From Ignavibacteriales bacterium (GTDB lineage Bacteria > Bacteroidota > Ignavibacteria > UBA10030): DNA of 64,000 nucleotides. Shown piece by piece: positions 31,601-41,069 of the stretch. A model generated the notes under the pieces. It was not told the origin of the DNA and ran no database searches. It worked only from the letters and a program-made list of their open reading frames with translations. Location of the stretch: the NCBI GenBank assembly GCA_026390595.1, contig JAPLFQ010000032.1, forward strand, positions 28,215-92,214, read 5' to 3'. The stretch's first letter is position 1. The number at the start of each line of letters is the position of its first letter. Made by a program: the position numbers and the translations under genes.

Positions 31601-31817
31601 GGAGGATTCAGACGATGTGATCGTTCGTCTCCACGAAGCGTACGGCCAATCGGTCAAGACGACGCTCACCTTCGGCGTACGAGCAGATGCCGCTACCGAA
31701 TGCGACCTGCTGGAACAAGAAGTGGCAACTCTGAAGATCGCCAAGATGAAGCTGTCGCTGAAATTCTCCCCCTTCGAGATCAAGACATTGAAGGTGAAGT
31801 TCAGGACGAAACGATAG
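28698..31817 (+). CDS. Alpha-mannosidase, GH38 (cytoplasmic)
   Basis: SHIDVVWLW, WLPDTFGY, GYGDGGGGP, ELYLEKHRG, QFHDIVPG; start moved to 28698 (after the promoter). Confidence 0.94.
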   Translation: MHIDLLAQTLPFIKSHIHQNPLPLSEWKLKEGELPNGGSPTLNDNTWWKYTIPAPWGGYDKTVWFRRRVVIPEAYAGKRLGLVFEMSDALLYVNGKAFQGIDKNHQEVLLTDKARTNQSFLIALEAYSGRKKDLSTFNSAQLVVLNPVARALHNGLTALHDLEKILGPTSHETKDIKELIRQTLIFLKYFKPDGEEYPNAIGRAYNFLTRTLEADYKTTIPGLIHLVAQSHIDVVWLWRLQETKKKCARTFSTALRLMEQYPEFTFSQSQAFLYHLTKEHYPDVFKEIKQRIAEGRWQAIGSMWVEPDCNIPNGEALVRQVLHGKRFFRNEFGVDSDILWLPDTFGYSWALPQIMKKSGIRYFFTTKLTWNDTNPFPHNTFWWRGIDGSKVLAHIPAVGLEGSVTPKDLKKSWESYQEKETSPHTIQTFGYGDGGGGPTADQLDTTRVVKSVVGLPGSALSTTGQFFKTVEEHAKEFETWNDELYLEKHRGTFTTHGWVKRENRQSEALLYATELLAVVGMLVGNKGASRRYPQQQIERAWKKLLVNQFHDIVPGTSIAEAYEDVRKDFAALRSSCQTIQAHALSGLITKEGKKKPQTDFRFAAFNPLGWQRNEYIILELNSQAKSFVVTDGNGNAVENQVLGRRKGIVQVLCYAENIPPLSFGQLIVTPSDAKPAPPSPWKMTNRLVETPRYRVRFDSRGGISSLHDKTLRRELVAKGARINHFQAYKDIPKQWEAWDIEADYMSRPVDLFKLERLRTVEDGPLRATVRLELKSDTGSRLTQDIHFYHKSPRIDFETSVSWKERQTLLKAAFPLNVKTHAATYEIQFGALQRSTKSGDARQKAKFEVPAQQWVDLSEQKFGVSLLNDCKYGYDASGTTIRLTLLRSPHHPHPLDPSRLNDDRLTDQGDHVFTYALYPHSKDWRGGETIQRARELNHPCIVTPGTAGSLPWLFSVSSPGIVIDSIKKAEDSDDVIVRLHEAYGQSVKTTLTFGVRADAATECDLLEQEVATLKIAKMKLSLKFSPFEIKTLKVKFRTKR

Positions 31818-31981
31818 TTCTCGGGTCGTACAAGCCGGACTATTTGGACAGGCGCGGGCCGTCAGATCCCGGAGCTGTGGCGCCATCAGCTTCCCTCTTC
31901 CCTGAACATTCATCCGCTTCCGCAGTACCGCACTTCCGAGTACCGAGACAGAAAACACCGGCCTCTTTTTCAAATGCCCAT

Positions 31982-33274
31982 ATGAAAACACGCAAGAGCG
32001 GTATCTGGAACACTCTGTTTGGAATCCTGCTTACTGTCTCTCTCGCTTTCTCACCCGGAGCGTTTACTGGCATTGCTCAGTTGCCAGAATACCTGGAGGT
32101 TCAGGTCGGGGCTGACAGACTCCTGTCCGAATACAGCCACCTGATCAACGGGAAGAGGCTGGCCCTCGTCTCCAACCACAGCGGGCGACTCTCGGATGGC
32201 ACACATCTCGCCGACGCGCTCTTCAGATACAAAAACACCAGGCTGATGGTTCTCTTCGGCATGGAGTTCAATATCAGGACGAACGACTATTCACTTCCAC
32301 GCGACAAAGAACAAGATGTAGACAAAGAGACCGGCCTCGTGAAGTATTCGCTCTATGGCGACGTCCACAAGCCCACTGCCGATATGCTGCGCGACGTCGA
32401 TGTCATCGTGTTCGACATTCAGGAGGTCGGCACGCGGTTCTACGAGCATGTCAATGTTCTCGGATTCGTAATGGAGGCAGCGGCGGAGAATAACAAAGAG
32501 GTCATTGTGCTCGACCGCCCCAATCCGCTCACCGGACTGCAACCGGACGGTTTCCTCCCTGATGACGAGTTCCTCTACCGCTTCGGGTCTTTTGGCAAGA
32601 TACCAGTGCTTCACGGGATGACTATGGGAGAACTTGCCCGGATGTACAACGATGAGACCATGCTGCGCGGAGGACGCCGGGGGAAGCTTCACGTTGTTGA
32701 GATGAAGGGATGGAACCGACGGATGTGGTTTGACGATACAGGATTGCCATGGAGAAAGCCGTCACCGAATCTCATCACGCTCAGCTCGGTTATCGCATAC
32801 ACGGGGACATGCCTGTTCGAAGGTATCAACATATCGGAGGGACGCGGGACGGACAGACCTTTTGAATATGTCGGCGCTCCATGGATCGATCACCTCAAAG
32901 CCGCAGAATTGCTCAATGATCTTCATCTCGATGGAGTCGTGTTCGAACCGGTGGAATTCACTCCCGAGAAGAAGCCTCATCTGAGCCGCGAGCCTGAACT
33001 GAGCGGGCAGCCATGCAAAGGGATTTTCGTCCACGTGACCGATCGGAACAAGGTGAGACCTTACAGGGCCGGCATTGCGCTGGTTTGGGCATTCCATACA
33101 CTGCATGCTGACAAAATGGCGTGGGACGAAAACGTAATCGAAAGGCTGACCGGAACGAAGAGATTTCTGAAGATGATTCGAGCCGGAGCTCGGCCCCGGG
33201 AAATCTACTCTTCATGGGGGGATGAGCTAACCCGGTTCGCAGAACGAAGCAGCAAGTATCTGCTCTACCGGTGA
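31982..33274 (+). CDS. DUF1343 / NamZ-like exo-beta-N-acetylmuramidase family, secreted
   Basis: Signal peptide, LVSNHSG, SLYG, FDIQ.VG.RFY, LDRPNP, HGMTMGELA, PSPN, SEGRGT..PFE. Confidence 0.9.
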   Translation: MKTRKSGIWNTLFGILLTVSLAFSPGAFTGIAQLPEYLEVQVGADRLLSEYSHLINGKRLALVSNHSGRLSDGTHLADALFRYKNTRLMVLFGMEFNIRTNDYSLPRDKEQDVDKETGLVKYSLYGDVHKPTADMLRDVDVIVFDIQEVGTRFYEHVNVLGFVMEAAAENNKEVIVLDRPNPLTGLQPDGFLPDDEFLYRFGSFGKIPVLHGMTMGELARMYNDETMLRGGRRGKLHVVEMKGWNRRMWFDDTGLPWRKPSPNLITLSSVIAYTGTCLFEGINISEGRGTDRPFEYVGAPWIDHLKAAELLNDLHLDGVVFEPVEFTPEKKPHLSREPELSGQPCKGIFVHVTDRNKVRPYRAGIALVWAFHTLHADKMAWDENVIERLTGTKRFLKMIRAGARPREIYSSWGDELTRFAERSSKYLLYR

Positions 33275-33302
33275 GCAGAACACATCAGTATGCATCAAAA
33301 AC

Positions 33303-33331
33303 AAACGGGCGAGTAATCCTCGCCCGTTTTT
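33303..33331. terminator. Hairpin terminator between convergent genes
   Basis: AAACGGGCGAG-taatc-CTCGCCCGTTT flanked by A and T runs. Confidence 0.8.
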
Positions 33332-33354
33332 CATTCCATCTGCTTCAGCCCCGC

Positions 33355-34167
33355 TTAACGAAGCAGAGTCCCAGGATCGAGATTCGGCGACTCGATATCC
33401 TTGAAATACTTCACCGTCCCAACCTTCAGCTCCAGCGTTGCCTCGTCGTCGGTGACGATGATGCCGTGCGGATGAAGCTGGAGGGCGCTCACCGTCCACA
33501 TGTGATTCACGCCGCCTTCGACAACGTTCGCCAGCGCACGCGCCTTCTTGTAGCCATTGATAATGATCAGCACTTCTTTCGCATCGAGGACTGTTGCCAC
33601 GCCGACGGTCAATGCAGTCTTCGGCACCTTCGCCGTGTCGTTGTCAAAGAATCGGGCGTTGGCAATAATCGTGTCCAGCGTCAGGGTCTTCACTCGTGTC
33701 CTTGAAGAAAGCGATGATCCCGGCTCATTGAATGCGATGTGGCCATCGGGCCCGATGCCGCCGAGGAACAGGTGGATGCCGCCGATCTTCTTGATCCGGG
33801 CCTCGTAGTCGGTGCATTCCTTCTCAAGGTCCTTCGCGTTCCCGTTCAGGATGTTGACGTTTTCCTTCTTGATATCGATATGCTTGAAGAAGTTGTTCCA
33901 CATGAATGAGTGGTAGCTCTCAGGATGATCTTCGGCGAGGTTGATATACTCGTCCATATTGAACGATACGACGTTTTGGAACGACACCTTGCCAGCCTTG
34001 TGCATTGCCACCAGTTCCTTGTAGGTTCCAAGGGGCGATGATCCGGTGGGAAGTCCAAGCACAAACGGCCTATCCGGCGCCGGGTTGAAATCGCGGATCT
34101 TGCGGACCACGTACGATGCAACCCATTTACTGACCAGATCATAATCAGATTGTATGATGACTCTCAT
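33355..34167 (-). CDS. nagB: Glucosamine-6-phosphate deaminase
   Basis: [14 protein letters not shown] (Asp72), [17 protein letters not shown]. Confidence 0.96.
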   Translation of the reverse strand: MRVIIQSDYDLVSKWVASYVVRKIRDFNPAPDRPFVLGLPTGSSPLGTYKELVAMHKAGKVSFQNVVSFNMDEYINLAEDHPESYHSFMWNNFFKHIDIKKENVNILNGNAKDLEKECTDYEARIKKIGGIHLFLGGIGPDGHIAFNEPGSSLSSRTRVKTLTLDTIIANARFFDNDTAKVPKTALTVGVATVLDAKEVLIIINGYKKARALANVVEGGVNHMWTVSALQLHPHGIIVTDDEATLELKVGTVKYFKDIESPNLDPGTLLR

Positions 34168-34185
34168 GCGAGTTACCTGCCTTCC

Positions 34186-35568
34186 TTAGTTCTTTTTGTA
34201 TTTGTTGAAGTAATCCGGCAAGTGAAGCTTTACTTGTTCTTCCAGTTCCTGATCTGTGATGGACGACATCCTTCCATCCTTCTCGTACTGGTCCATCACC
34301 CATCGGAAAATCTTCGCCACCTTCATCACAGTCAATCGTTCTTCGCCTTTGAGCCCGAGGAATTCGTTCACCCAGAGGGCGACACCATCGGATCCCGATT
34401 TGTCCGTAATGGAAACGCGTGGCGGACGGTTCAGAAGCGCCGTCGTGTCGAAAATATTGTAGATCTGCTCAAACTTCCTGAGACCGCCGGCGTGGATGCC
34501 GGCCCGCGTTGTGTTGAAATCTCTTCCCACGAACGGATAATTCGTCGTGAGCTGCGTACCGATGACCTTCTCGTAGTATTGCGCCAGTTCCGTAATTACC
34601 TGGAGATTCACGCCGTTGAGTCCGCCTTTGAGTGCGACGTACTCGATGACCGCTCCTTCGAGCGGCGGATTTCCCGTCCGCTCCCCAAAGCCGAACAGCG
34701 TGGAGTTCAGTGCATTCAATCCATAAATCCATGCGCTCGCGCCGTTGGTGTGAACCTTGTGAAAATCATTGTGACCGTGCCACTCGAGCCGGTCTGCCGA
34801 GACTCCGATTTCGTTTCTTAACCGCCATATCATCTTCGGGATCGACCGCGGTTCGGCTGCGTTCGGATACGAAATACCGAACCCCATCGTGTCGCACAGA
34901 CGGATTTTTACTTTCATATGGTCGGGGACCTGCTCGCTGAGACGCTCGAGTCTCTGTACGAACGGGTAGACAAACCCTGCAAGATCTGCGCGTGTTACAT
35001 CTTCCAGATGGCAGCGCGGCCGGACGCCAGCCTCAAATGCGGCTTCGACGACCTCTACATACTGATCCATCGCCTGTTTGCGCGTCTGATTCTGCTTGTG
35101 AAAAATATGGTAGTCCGACGATGACGTGAGCATGCCGGTTTCTTTCAACCCCATTTCCTTCACAAGGCGGAAATCCCCCTTGTTCGCCCTAATCCATCCG
35201 GTGATTTCGGGATAACGGAGATTGAGTGCACGACAGGCATCGATCGTGGCGCGGTCATTTTTCGTGTACAGGAAAAACTCCGATTGGCGGATAACGCCGT
35301 TCGGACCACCGAGTCGTGACATCATCTCAAAGAGAGCGACCATCTGCTCCAGCGTATACGGCGGGCGCGCTTGCTGCCCATCGCGAAACGTCGTGTCGGT
35401 GATGTGAATATCGCGCGTCTTCACCTCGTGAGGATCGAACTCGACAATCTTCCCGTCGATCAGTTCGTGGATCTTCCCCTCGAAATTGATGAGCGGGGGA
35501 AGCGTGTAGGGAAATGACTCCTCAAGAAGATTGGGGGATGACACGTCCTTCAGCTCGTAGGTCTTCAT
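34186..35568 (-). CDS. Re-citrate synthase-like DRE-TIM metallolyase
   Basis: ITDTTFRDGQQA, GGPNGVIRQSEFFLY, WIRA, SDYHIF, HLEDVTRAD, WHGHNDF, GERTGN: the pattern of the clostridial/Syntrophus Re-citrate synthase family. Confidence 0.85.
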   Translation of the reverse strand: MKTYELKDVSSPNLLEESFPYTLPPLINFEGKIHELIDGKIVEFDPHEVKTRDIHITDTTFRDGQQARPPYTLEQMVALFEMMSRLGGPNGVIRQSEFFLYTKNDRATIDACRALNLRYPEITGWIRANKGDFRLVKEMGLKETGMLTSSSDYHIFHKQNQTRKQAMDQYVEVVEAAFEAGVRPRCHLEDVTRADLAGFVYPFVQRLERLSEQVPDHMKVKIRLCDTMGFGISYPNAAEPRSIPKMIWRLRNEIGVSADRLEWHGHNDFHKVHTNGASAWIYGLNALNSTLFGFGERTGNPPLEGAVIEYVALKGGLNGVNLQVITELAQYYEKVIGTQLTTNYPFVGRDFNTTRAGIHAGGLRKFEQIYNIFDTTALLNRPPRVSITDKSGSDGVALWVNEFLGLKGEERLTVMKVAKIFRWVMDQYEKDGRMSSITDQELEEQVKLHLPDYFNKYKKN

Positions 35569-35663
35569 CGCTACTCCTCCTGTTGTGTAGAGTCATGGCT
35601 TCGCCCGTTCCCCCACCATTCACGCTGCCAACGCATTCACGGTCAGCCGGGGCACAGCGAAAC

Positions 35664-37658
35664 CTAGACAGTGCTTGATGCTATCAAGGCCCTGAATTGC
35701 TCTTTCCGCGTTCGAATCGCCGCTCCCTCTGCGGCAAGCTTCTGCACGACGCCGTTCGTCTCGATCGTGCCCCGAACGGCTTCAAAGTCCTTCTGCATAT
35801 CTTCGCCCGACTGATGAAGCCCGTAGCCGATCTTCGCGAAGGTACCGAATTCCTTCTTAGAATCTTCGATGATGATCCCCTGCAGCGATGTCGCGGCATT
35901 CTCCCAATCGTCCGCGGCCGCGAGCAGCTGATCCTTCGTCACATTCTCGAGCTGAATGCCGTACTCCTTCGCATACGCTTCATACACGTACTGCCATTCG
36001 TCAGTACGATATGCATCGTACATCGCCTGAAATTCCACAAGCAACGCCTCGTACGAGGACACCGCCCCCGCTGCGACACGTGTCTCGAGGGAAACCATTC
36101 GCTCGGACGGCGTCAACAGCCCGCTGATGTCGGTCCATTGGGCGGAGTGTTGGAGAATCGCCGCCGGTTTCAATGATGCCATCGCAGCGGACCAGTTCTT
36201 TTCATTTGTGAGTGCTTGCTGGATTCGCTGCATTACCTTGTCCTGAAGGTAGCGGGTGATCGCAAGAGAGTAGAACTTGGCCCCTTTTTTCAACAGCAAC
36301 CGGCTCAACTGTGCGCCACCGTAGGTCACGTACGATTTCTCCTTCGGAACGCTCACGCTGAGAGCAAGAAGATCGTCCCGTCCGCGTCTCATCTTCTCGA
36401 CGGTGTAGGGAGAAAAGACATCAAAGATAATCAGATCGCGTTTCTTCGGCGCCTTGCGGCCGTCACGTTTCGGCCATTTCTCTCCATCCCGCACGGTTCC
36501 GACCGACACCAGGTTCATGCCGGGAACAACCTTTGAATTTCCATCCTCTTCTGAAATATAAGAGAATGGGAGGTTCGGCAGGTCAAGGTTTGCATAGTGC
36601 TTGCCGATCACGACACTAAACGCCCCGATATGCGCTTCAAGCAGAAGATACGAGAACGAGCCGGTCTTCGATCCACGTTCGAGAATGCCCTGATGGACCG
36701 GGCCGAGCTTGTACATGTGATTGCTCTGGTTTGTCCCGCTCCCTGCATTATAGAAAGAGAACACTCCCGCAATCAGAAGTGTTGACTTATGGTGTGTGAC
36801 GGTATAAGGTCCGCCAAAGAGCGATACGGCCTCGCCGTGAAACGCTTCGCAATTCGCGAAGAACAGAGAATTCTCGGCGGAAAACTGCTTTCCCATCTTG
36901 ACGGCCTGACCGACAAAAACCTTGTCGAGCACCGCACCGCTTTCCACCCGGGCTCCTTCGGACAGGATGAACGATTTCGCCTGTACTCCCTCGCCAATCT
37001 CGGACGGATGTTCCGCACAGCTGTTGATCGTACCATTTTCGAGGAACTGCGTACCATGGACATTTGCTTTGACGCCGAAGTTCACGTTGTGAATCGTCCC
37101 ACAATGCACTATCCTCGCTCCGCTGCTGACGCGTCCCTTCTCTGCCTTGGCCTCCTTCGCTTTCGCTTCGACCAGTTCTTCGAGCTTTTTTGTGAATTCG
37201 GTGTTGTGCCGGATCATTCCCTGAACGTAGGCGGTCTGAGATGTGAGATCGTTGAGAATTCGGACGCCCCTCCCTCCCCCTTCATTGATCGTTTCGAGCT
37301 CGATCCCGTTGCCGAACGATGCCCCTGCATCAGCGACCAGAGCCGCGACATCTTGAATGAGGACGTCATTCTCTATAACGTAGTTCGCTACAACGGATCC
37401 GATATTCGCGATCCGCACATTGTCTCCGATGTCGCATCCGGCGATGGATGCCGAATAGATGCCGTTCGGCATTTCGATTGCGTCAACATTCTGCATGCCG
37501 CTCGTATCGCCGATACGGACGATTCCTGAAAAGTGCGCATTCCGTATTCTCGCCACGTCGCATCCCGGCGAGATAGTGATCTGCCCCCAGTCGGCTGCAG
37601 TGCAACCCTGTTGCACGAGAGTTTTCGTTTGTTCGTTGGTGAGTTGATGATATGTCAT
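35664..37658 (-). CDS. DUF4954-family protein (LpxA-like beta-helix character)
   Basis: QGCTAADW, FGNG...NEGGGR, GPYTVTHHKSTLLIAG, NAGSGTNQSNHMYKLGP.HQG..ERGSK; start at ATG 37658. Confidence 0.85.
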   Translation of the reverse strand: MTYHQLTNEQTKTLVQQGCTAADWGQITISPGCDVARIRNAHFSGIVRIGDTSGMQNVDAIEMPNGIYSASIAGCDIGDNVRIANIGSVVANYVIENDVLIQDVAALVADAGASFGNGIELETINEGGGRGVRILNDLTSQTAYVQGMIRHNTEFTKKLEELVEAKAKEAKAEKGRVSSGARIVHCGTIHNVNFGVKANVHGTQFLENGTINSCAEHPSEIGEGVQAKSFILSEGARVESGAVLDKVFVGQAVKMGKQFSAENSLFFANCEAFHGEAVSLFGGPYTVTHHKSTLLIAGVFSFYNAGSGTNQSNHMYKLGPVHQGILERGSKTGSFSYLLLEAHIGAFSVVIGKHYANLDLPNLPFSYISEEDGNSKVVPGMNLVSVGTVRDGEKWPKRDGRKAPKKRDLIIFDVFSPYTVEKMRRGRDDLLALSVSVPKEKSYVTYGGAQLSRLLLKKGAKFYSLAITRYLQDKVMQRIQQALTNEKNWSAAMASLKPAAILQHSAQWTDISGLLTPSERMVSLETRVAAGAVSSYEALLVEFQAMYDAYRTDEWQYVYEAYAKEYGIQLENVTKDQLLAAADDWENAATSLQGIIIEDSKKEFGTFAKIGYGLHQSGEDMQKDFEAVRGTIETNGVVQKLAAEGAAIRTRKEQFRALIASSTV

Positions 37659-37777
37659 AGAAGGACCGCGCGTGGTTTCAGTTTTGAATTCAGGAGAAAC
37701 GCCCAGCACGTTGCAGGAACGAGATCAACGGGAAATCTCTGCCGATGATCTGGCGGACATCACAACGATGGTACAAG

Positions 37778-37806
37778 ATTCTACCAAAACAGCAATTGAA
37801 CTTCAA
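37778..37806 (-). promoter_or_regulatory. Possible internal sigma70 promoter upstream of DUF4954
   Basis: TTGAAG-17 nt-TAGAAT with TG extension. Confidence 0.5.
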
Positions 37807-37850
37807 GAACAATCAGACGATGCGAACAGAAGCGCTCCGGACACCGGTGC

Positions 37851-38657
37851 TCACAACTCGGGCAATCCCATGTTTTCTTTTTCGATGTCCCTGAAGTACT
37901 TCACCGTCCCGACCTTCAGCTCCATTGTCGCCTCATCGTCGCAGACGATCATTGCATGCTCATGCAGCTGGAGCATCGAAACCGTCCACATGTGATTCAC
38001 TTCGTCTTCGAGTATCTTCTGCAAGGCCCGGGACTTGTTGAATCCGCTTATCACCATCACGATTTCCTCGGCGTCCATCATAGTCCCAACCCCCATCGTG
38101 ACCCCGGTCTTCGGTACCTTGTTGATGTCGTTTCCGAACCACCGTGCGTTTGCCGCCCGCGCACCGTGCGTGATAGTCTTGATGCGCGTCCGGGAGGAAA
38201 GCGACGATCCGGGCTCGTTAAAACCAATGTGCCCGTCCGGCCCGATGCTCCCGAGAAACAGGTGGATCCCTCCCGCCTTCTTGATGCTCTCCTCGTAATT
38301 CCTGCACTCAGCGTCAAAATCGGCGACGTTGCCATTCAGGAGCCGCACATTGTCGGGATTGATATCAATGTGGCTGAAGAAGTTGTTCCATAGCACCGAA
38401 TAGTGGCTCTGCGGATGGTCCTCGGGTATGCCCGCATACTCGTTGAGGCCAAATGCAACCACATTCCGGAACGTCACATTCCCATCCTGGTGCAGGCTGA
38501 TCAATTGCTGGTAGGTACCGACGGGAGACATTCCAGCCGGCAAACCAAGGACAAATGGCTTCTCCGCTGTTGGATTGAATTCCTTGATCCTCTTGGCGAT
38601 GTAGTACGCCGTCCACTTGCTCAATGCCTCGTAGCTGTCGTGAATGATGATTCTCAT
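37851..38657 (-). CDS. NagB paralog lacking the catalytic Asp72 (D72N)
   Basis: Colinear with the downstream nagB but has GLPAGMSP and FGLNEY; DGHIGFNEP retained. Confidence 0.9.
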   Translation of the reverse strand: MRIIIHDSYEALSKWTAYYIAKRIKEFNPTAEKPFVLGLPAGMSPVGTYQQLISLHQDGNVTFRNVVAFGLNEYAGIPEDHPQSHYSVLWNNFFSHIDINPDNVRLLNGNVADFDAECRNYEESIKKAGGIHLFLGSIGPDGHIGFNEPGSSLSSRTRIKTITHGARAANARWFGNDINKVPKTGVTMGVGTMMDAEEIVMVISGFNKSRALQKILEDEVNHMWTVSMLQLHEHAMIVCDDEATMELKVGTVKYFRDIEKENMGLPEL

Positions 38658-38675
38658 GCGGAGATTCTCCTTTGG

Positions 38676-40808
38676 CTAGAGCATGATCCTGGCATCTGCG
38701 ACGAAACAACCGCCGCCTTCGTCATTCACAATCAGTGGATTAATGTCGAGCTCTTTGATCTCCGGAAAATCGGTCGCCAACGCAGCAAGGCGCTGGATCG
38801 CCTCCTCCACACTGCGAATATCACGCGGCTTTTTGCCCCGCGCTCCTGCCAGCATCGAATATGCCCTGATTTCCCGTATCATTTCAGACGCGGAACGAGG
38901 CCCCACAGGCGCAACGCGGAAACTGACGTCTCTGAATACTTCCACAAACAGTCCGCCCAATCCAAACATGATCACGGCCCCGAACGATGGGTCACGCTTC
39001 ACTCCCAGGATGACCTCTTCACCTTTCGAAACCATCTTCTGGATGTAGATGCCTTTAATTCGCGCGCCCGGCTTCGCCTTCTCGACGTTTTGCAGGATGG
39101 AATCATATCCCTCTCCCGCAGCCTCGGCGGTCCGTATATCCAGAAGCACTCCCTTGACATCGAACTTGTGCACGATGTCATCCGAATCGACTTTCATCAC
39201 AACGGGGAACCCGATACGCCCGGCGATACTGATCGCTTCCTGTCTCGACTTCGCGAGCCCCGATGGCAACGTCGGCAAGCCATACGCCTCGAGAATCGTG
39301 ACTGATTCTTCTTCGGGCAGATAGTTTCTGCCAGCGGCGATGGCGTTCTGAATGACGGCACGCGCCTTTTCTTTGTCCAATCCCGAAAACGTCTGCACTT
39401 CCTCGGATTTCGTATCGCGATGATGCTTGAAAAAGAGGGCGCTCGCATAGGCGCGGCACATCGACTCCGGAAGAATGTAATGCGGTATGCTGCGCTGCTG
39501 GAGGATATCGATACCAACCGCAACATCCTTCTCGCCCATGAACGACGCGTACGCCGGTTTGTCGAACTTCCCAACAGTGTCGCACACTTCTACGGCAATG
39601 TTCTCGATGTCCGTCATCGATTGCGGCGTCAGGATGACCAGTACTCCATCGACTCCCGGATCCTGCAGCGCTCCGCCCAGAGCCACCTTGTAACGATCGG
39701 CTCTGGCGTCCCCAATCACATCCACAGGGTTCTTGATGTTCGCTGTTGCCGGAAGGCTCTTCTTGTAGATCTCAAGTGTGGCATCCGAAAATTTCGCAAG
39801 CTGGAGATGCTGCTTGATTGCGGCGTCCGTTGCAAGCACACCCGGTCCACCGGCGTTCGTGATAATCGCGACGCGTTTTCCCTGGGGAAGCGGTTGGTAC
39901 GCGAGTGCGATTGCGTTGTTGAACATTTCTTCGATTGTCGTGCAGCGGATGATGCCGGCTTGCCTGAAGGCGGCATCGCATACCTCGTCGCTTCCAGCGA
40001 GAGAGCCTGTGTGAGAGGCGGCAGCTGCGGCACCTTCGCTTGTCCGGCCGGATTTCAAGATCAGTACCGGCTTTCCGGATTCGGAAATAATCTCCTGCGC
40101 TGCCTGCATGAGCGCGACACCGTCCGTGATCTCCTCGAGATAGACGAGGATGACTTTCGTCTTCGGATCGTTTTTCAGGTAACGCATCAGATCGATTTCG
40201 TTGATGTTCGCCTTGTTGCCGAAGCTGACGAACTTTGAGAAGCCGATGTGTTTGGCCTGAGCGTAGTCGAGGACTGCGGTGCAAAGGGCGCCGCTCTGAG
40301 AAAGGAACGCGATGTTTCCTTCCTGCGGCATCTTGCGAGCGAACGATGCATTGAGGTGAGAAAGCGGATCGGTGTTGATGACGCCGAGACAGTTCGGACC
40401 GATGAAGGAGATGTTGTGCTTCTGTGCGATCGCCTTGATCTCTTCTTCCCGCTGTTTGCCGGCCGCGCCGACTTCACGGAAGCCTGCCGATATAATGATC
40501 GCAGACTTGACTCCTTTTTGTCCGCACTGTTCGAGAGCCAGGTTGCAGACGCTGCTCGGAAACACGAGGATAGCGAGATCGACGGGATCGGGAATGTCGA
40601 TTACGTACTTGTATGCCCGCACGCTGGCCACCGAGCGTTCCTTCGGGCTGACAGGGTACACAATTCCCTGAAAGTTATCCTTCAGGATGTTCGCAAAGAT
40701 GTCGTGCGGCACAGTGCCGACGACACGGTTTGTGCCAAGGACGGCGACGGATTTCGGATAAAATACGTGCTCTAGGTCCTTCGCAGGCGGAACTGAAGTT
40801 TGAGACAT
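38676..40808 (-). CDS. ADP-forming acetate/acyl-CoA ligase, fused alpha-beta
   Basis: PKSVAVLG, SAGFREVG, IGPNCLG, SQSGA, ASHTGSLAG (phospho-His), TNAGGPG, NPVD, ATP-grasp C-terminus ELDINPL. Confidence 0.92.
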   Translation of the reverse strand: MSQTSVPPAKDLEHVFYPKSVAVLGTNRVVGTVPHDIFANILKDNFQGIVYPVSPKERSVASVRAYKYVIDIPDPVDLAILVFPSSVCNLALEQCGQKGVKSAIIISAGFREVGAAGKQREEEIKAIAQKHNISFIGPNCLGVINTDPLSHLNASFARKMPQEGNIAFLSQSGALCTAVLDYAQAKHIGFSKFVSFGNKANINEIDLMRYLKNDPKTKVILVYLEEITDGVALMQAAQEIISESGKPVLILKSGRTSEGAAAAASHTGSLAGSDEVCDAAFRQAGIIRCTTIEEMFNNAIALAYQPLPQGKRVAIITNAGGPGVLATDAAIKQHLQLAKFSDATLEIYKKSLPATANIKNPVDVIGDARADRYKVALGGALQDPGVDGVLVILTPQSMTDIENIAVEVCDTVGKFDKPAYASFMGEKDVAVGIDILQQRSIPHYILPESMCRAYASALFFKHHRDTKSEEVQTFSGLDKEKARAVIQNAIAAGRNYLPEEESVTILEAYGLPTLPSGLAKSRQEAISIAGRIGFPVVMKVDSDDIVHKFDVKGVLLDIRTAEAAGEGYDSILQNVEKAKPGARIKGIYIQKMVSKGEEVILGVKRDPSFGAVIMFGLGGLFVEVFRDVSFRVAPVGPRSASEMIREIRAYSMLAGARGKKPRDIRSVEEAIQRLAALATDFPEIKELDINPLIVNDEGGGCFVADARIML

Positions 40809-40826
40809 TGTACCTCCCCAGGTTGT

Positions 40827-41069
40827 CTACTTCAGATAGCCAGCGATGAATTCGACCGCGCCATCTACTGTCGCCACTTCGCGCGCCTTCTGCTCGTCCA
40901 TCTGTATGTTGAACTCCTCTTCGAACGCGGCGATAAGCTCGATGCTCTGCATCGAGTCGGCGCCGAGATCGAACGAGAAATTTGCAGTCGGCGTGATCTC
41001 CTTCACATCCACCTTCAATACCTGAGCAGTGATCTTCTCTACTCTCGCCTTGATCTCAGACTTATCCAT
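40827..41069 (-). CDS. Acyl carrier protein
   Basis: 80 aa, acidic, DLGADSM phosphopantetheine Ser, FEEEFNI; GGAGG SD. Confidence 0.93.
   Translation of the reverse strand: MDKSEIKARVEKITAQVLKVDVKEITPTANFSFDLGADSMQSIELIAAFEEEFNIQMDEQKAREVATVDGAVEFIAGYLK

Noticed and set aside
31511..31981. N-terminal extension of the DUF1343 ORF overlapping GH38
   Set aside because: The signal peptide begins at ATG 31982; the extension is an open-frame artefact
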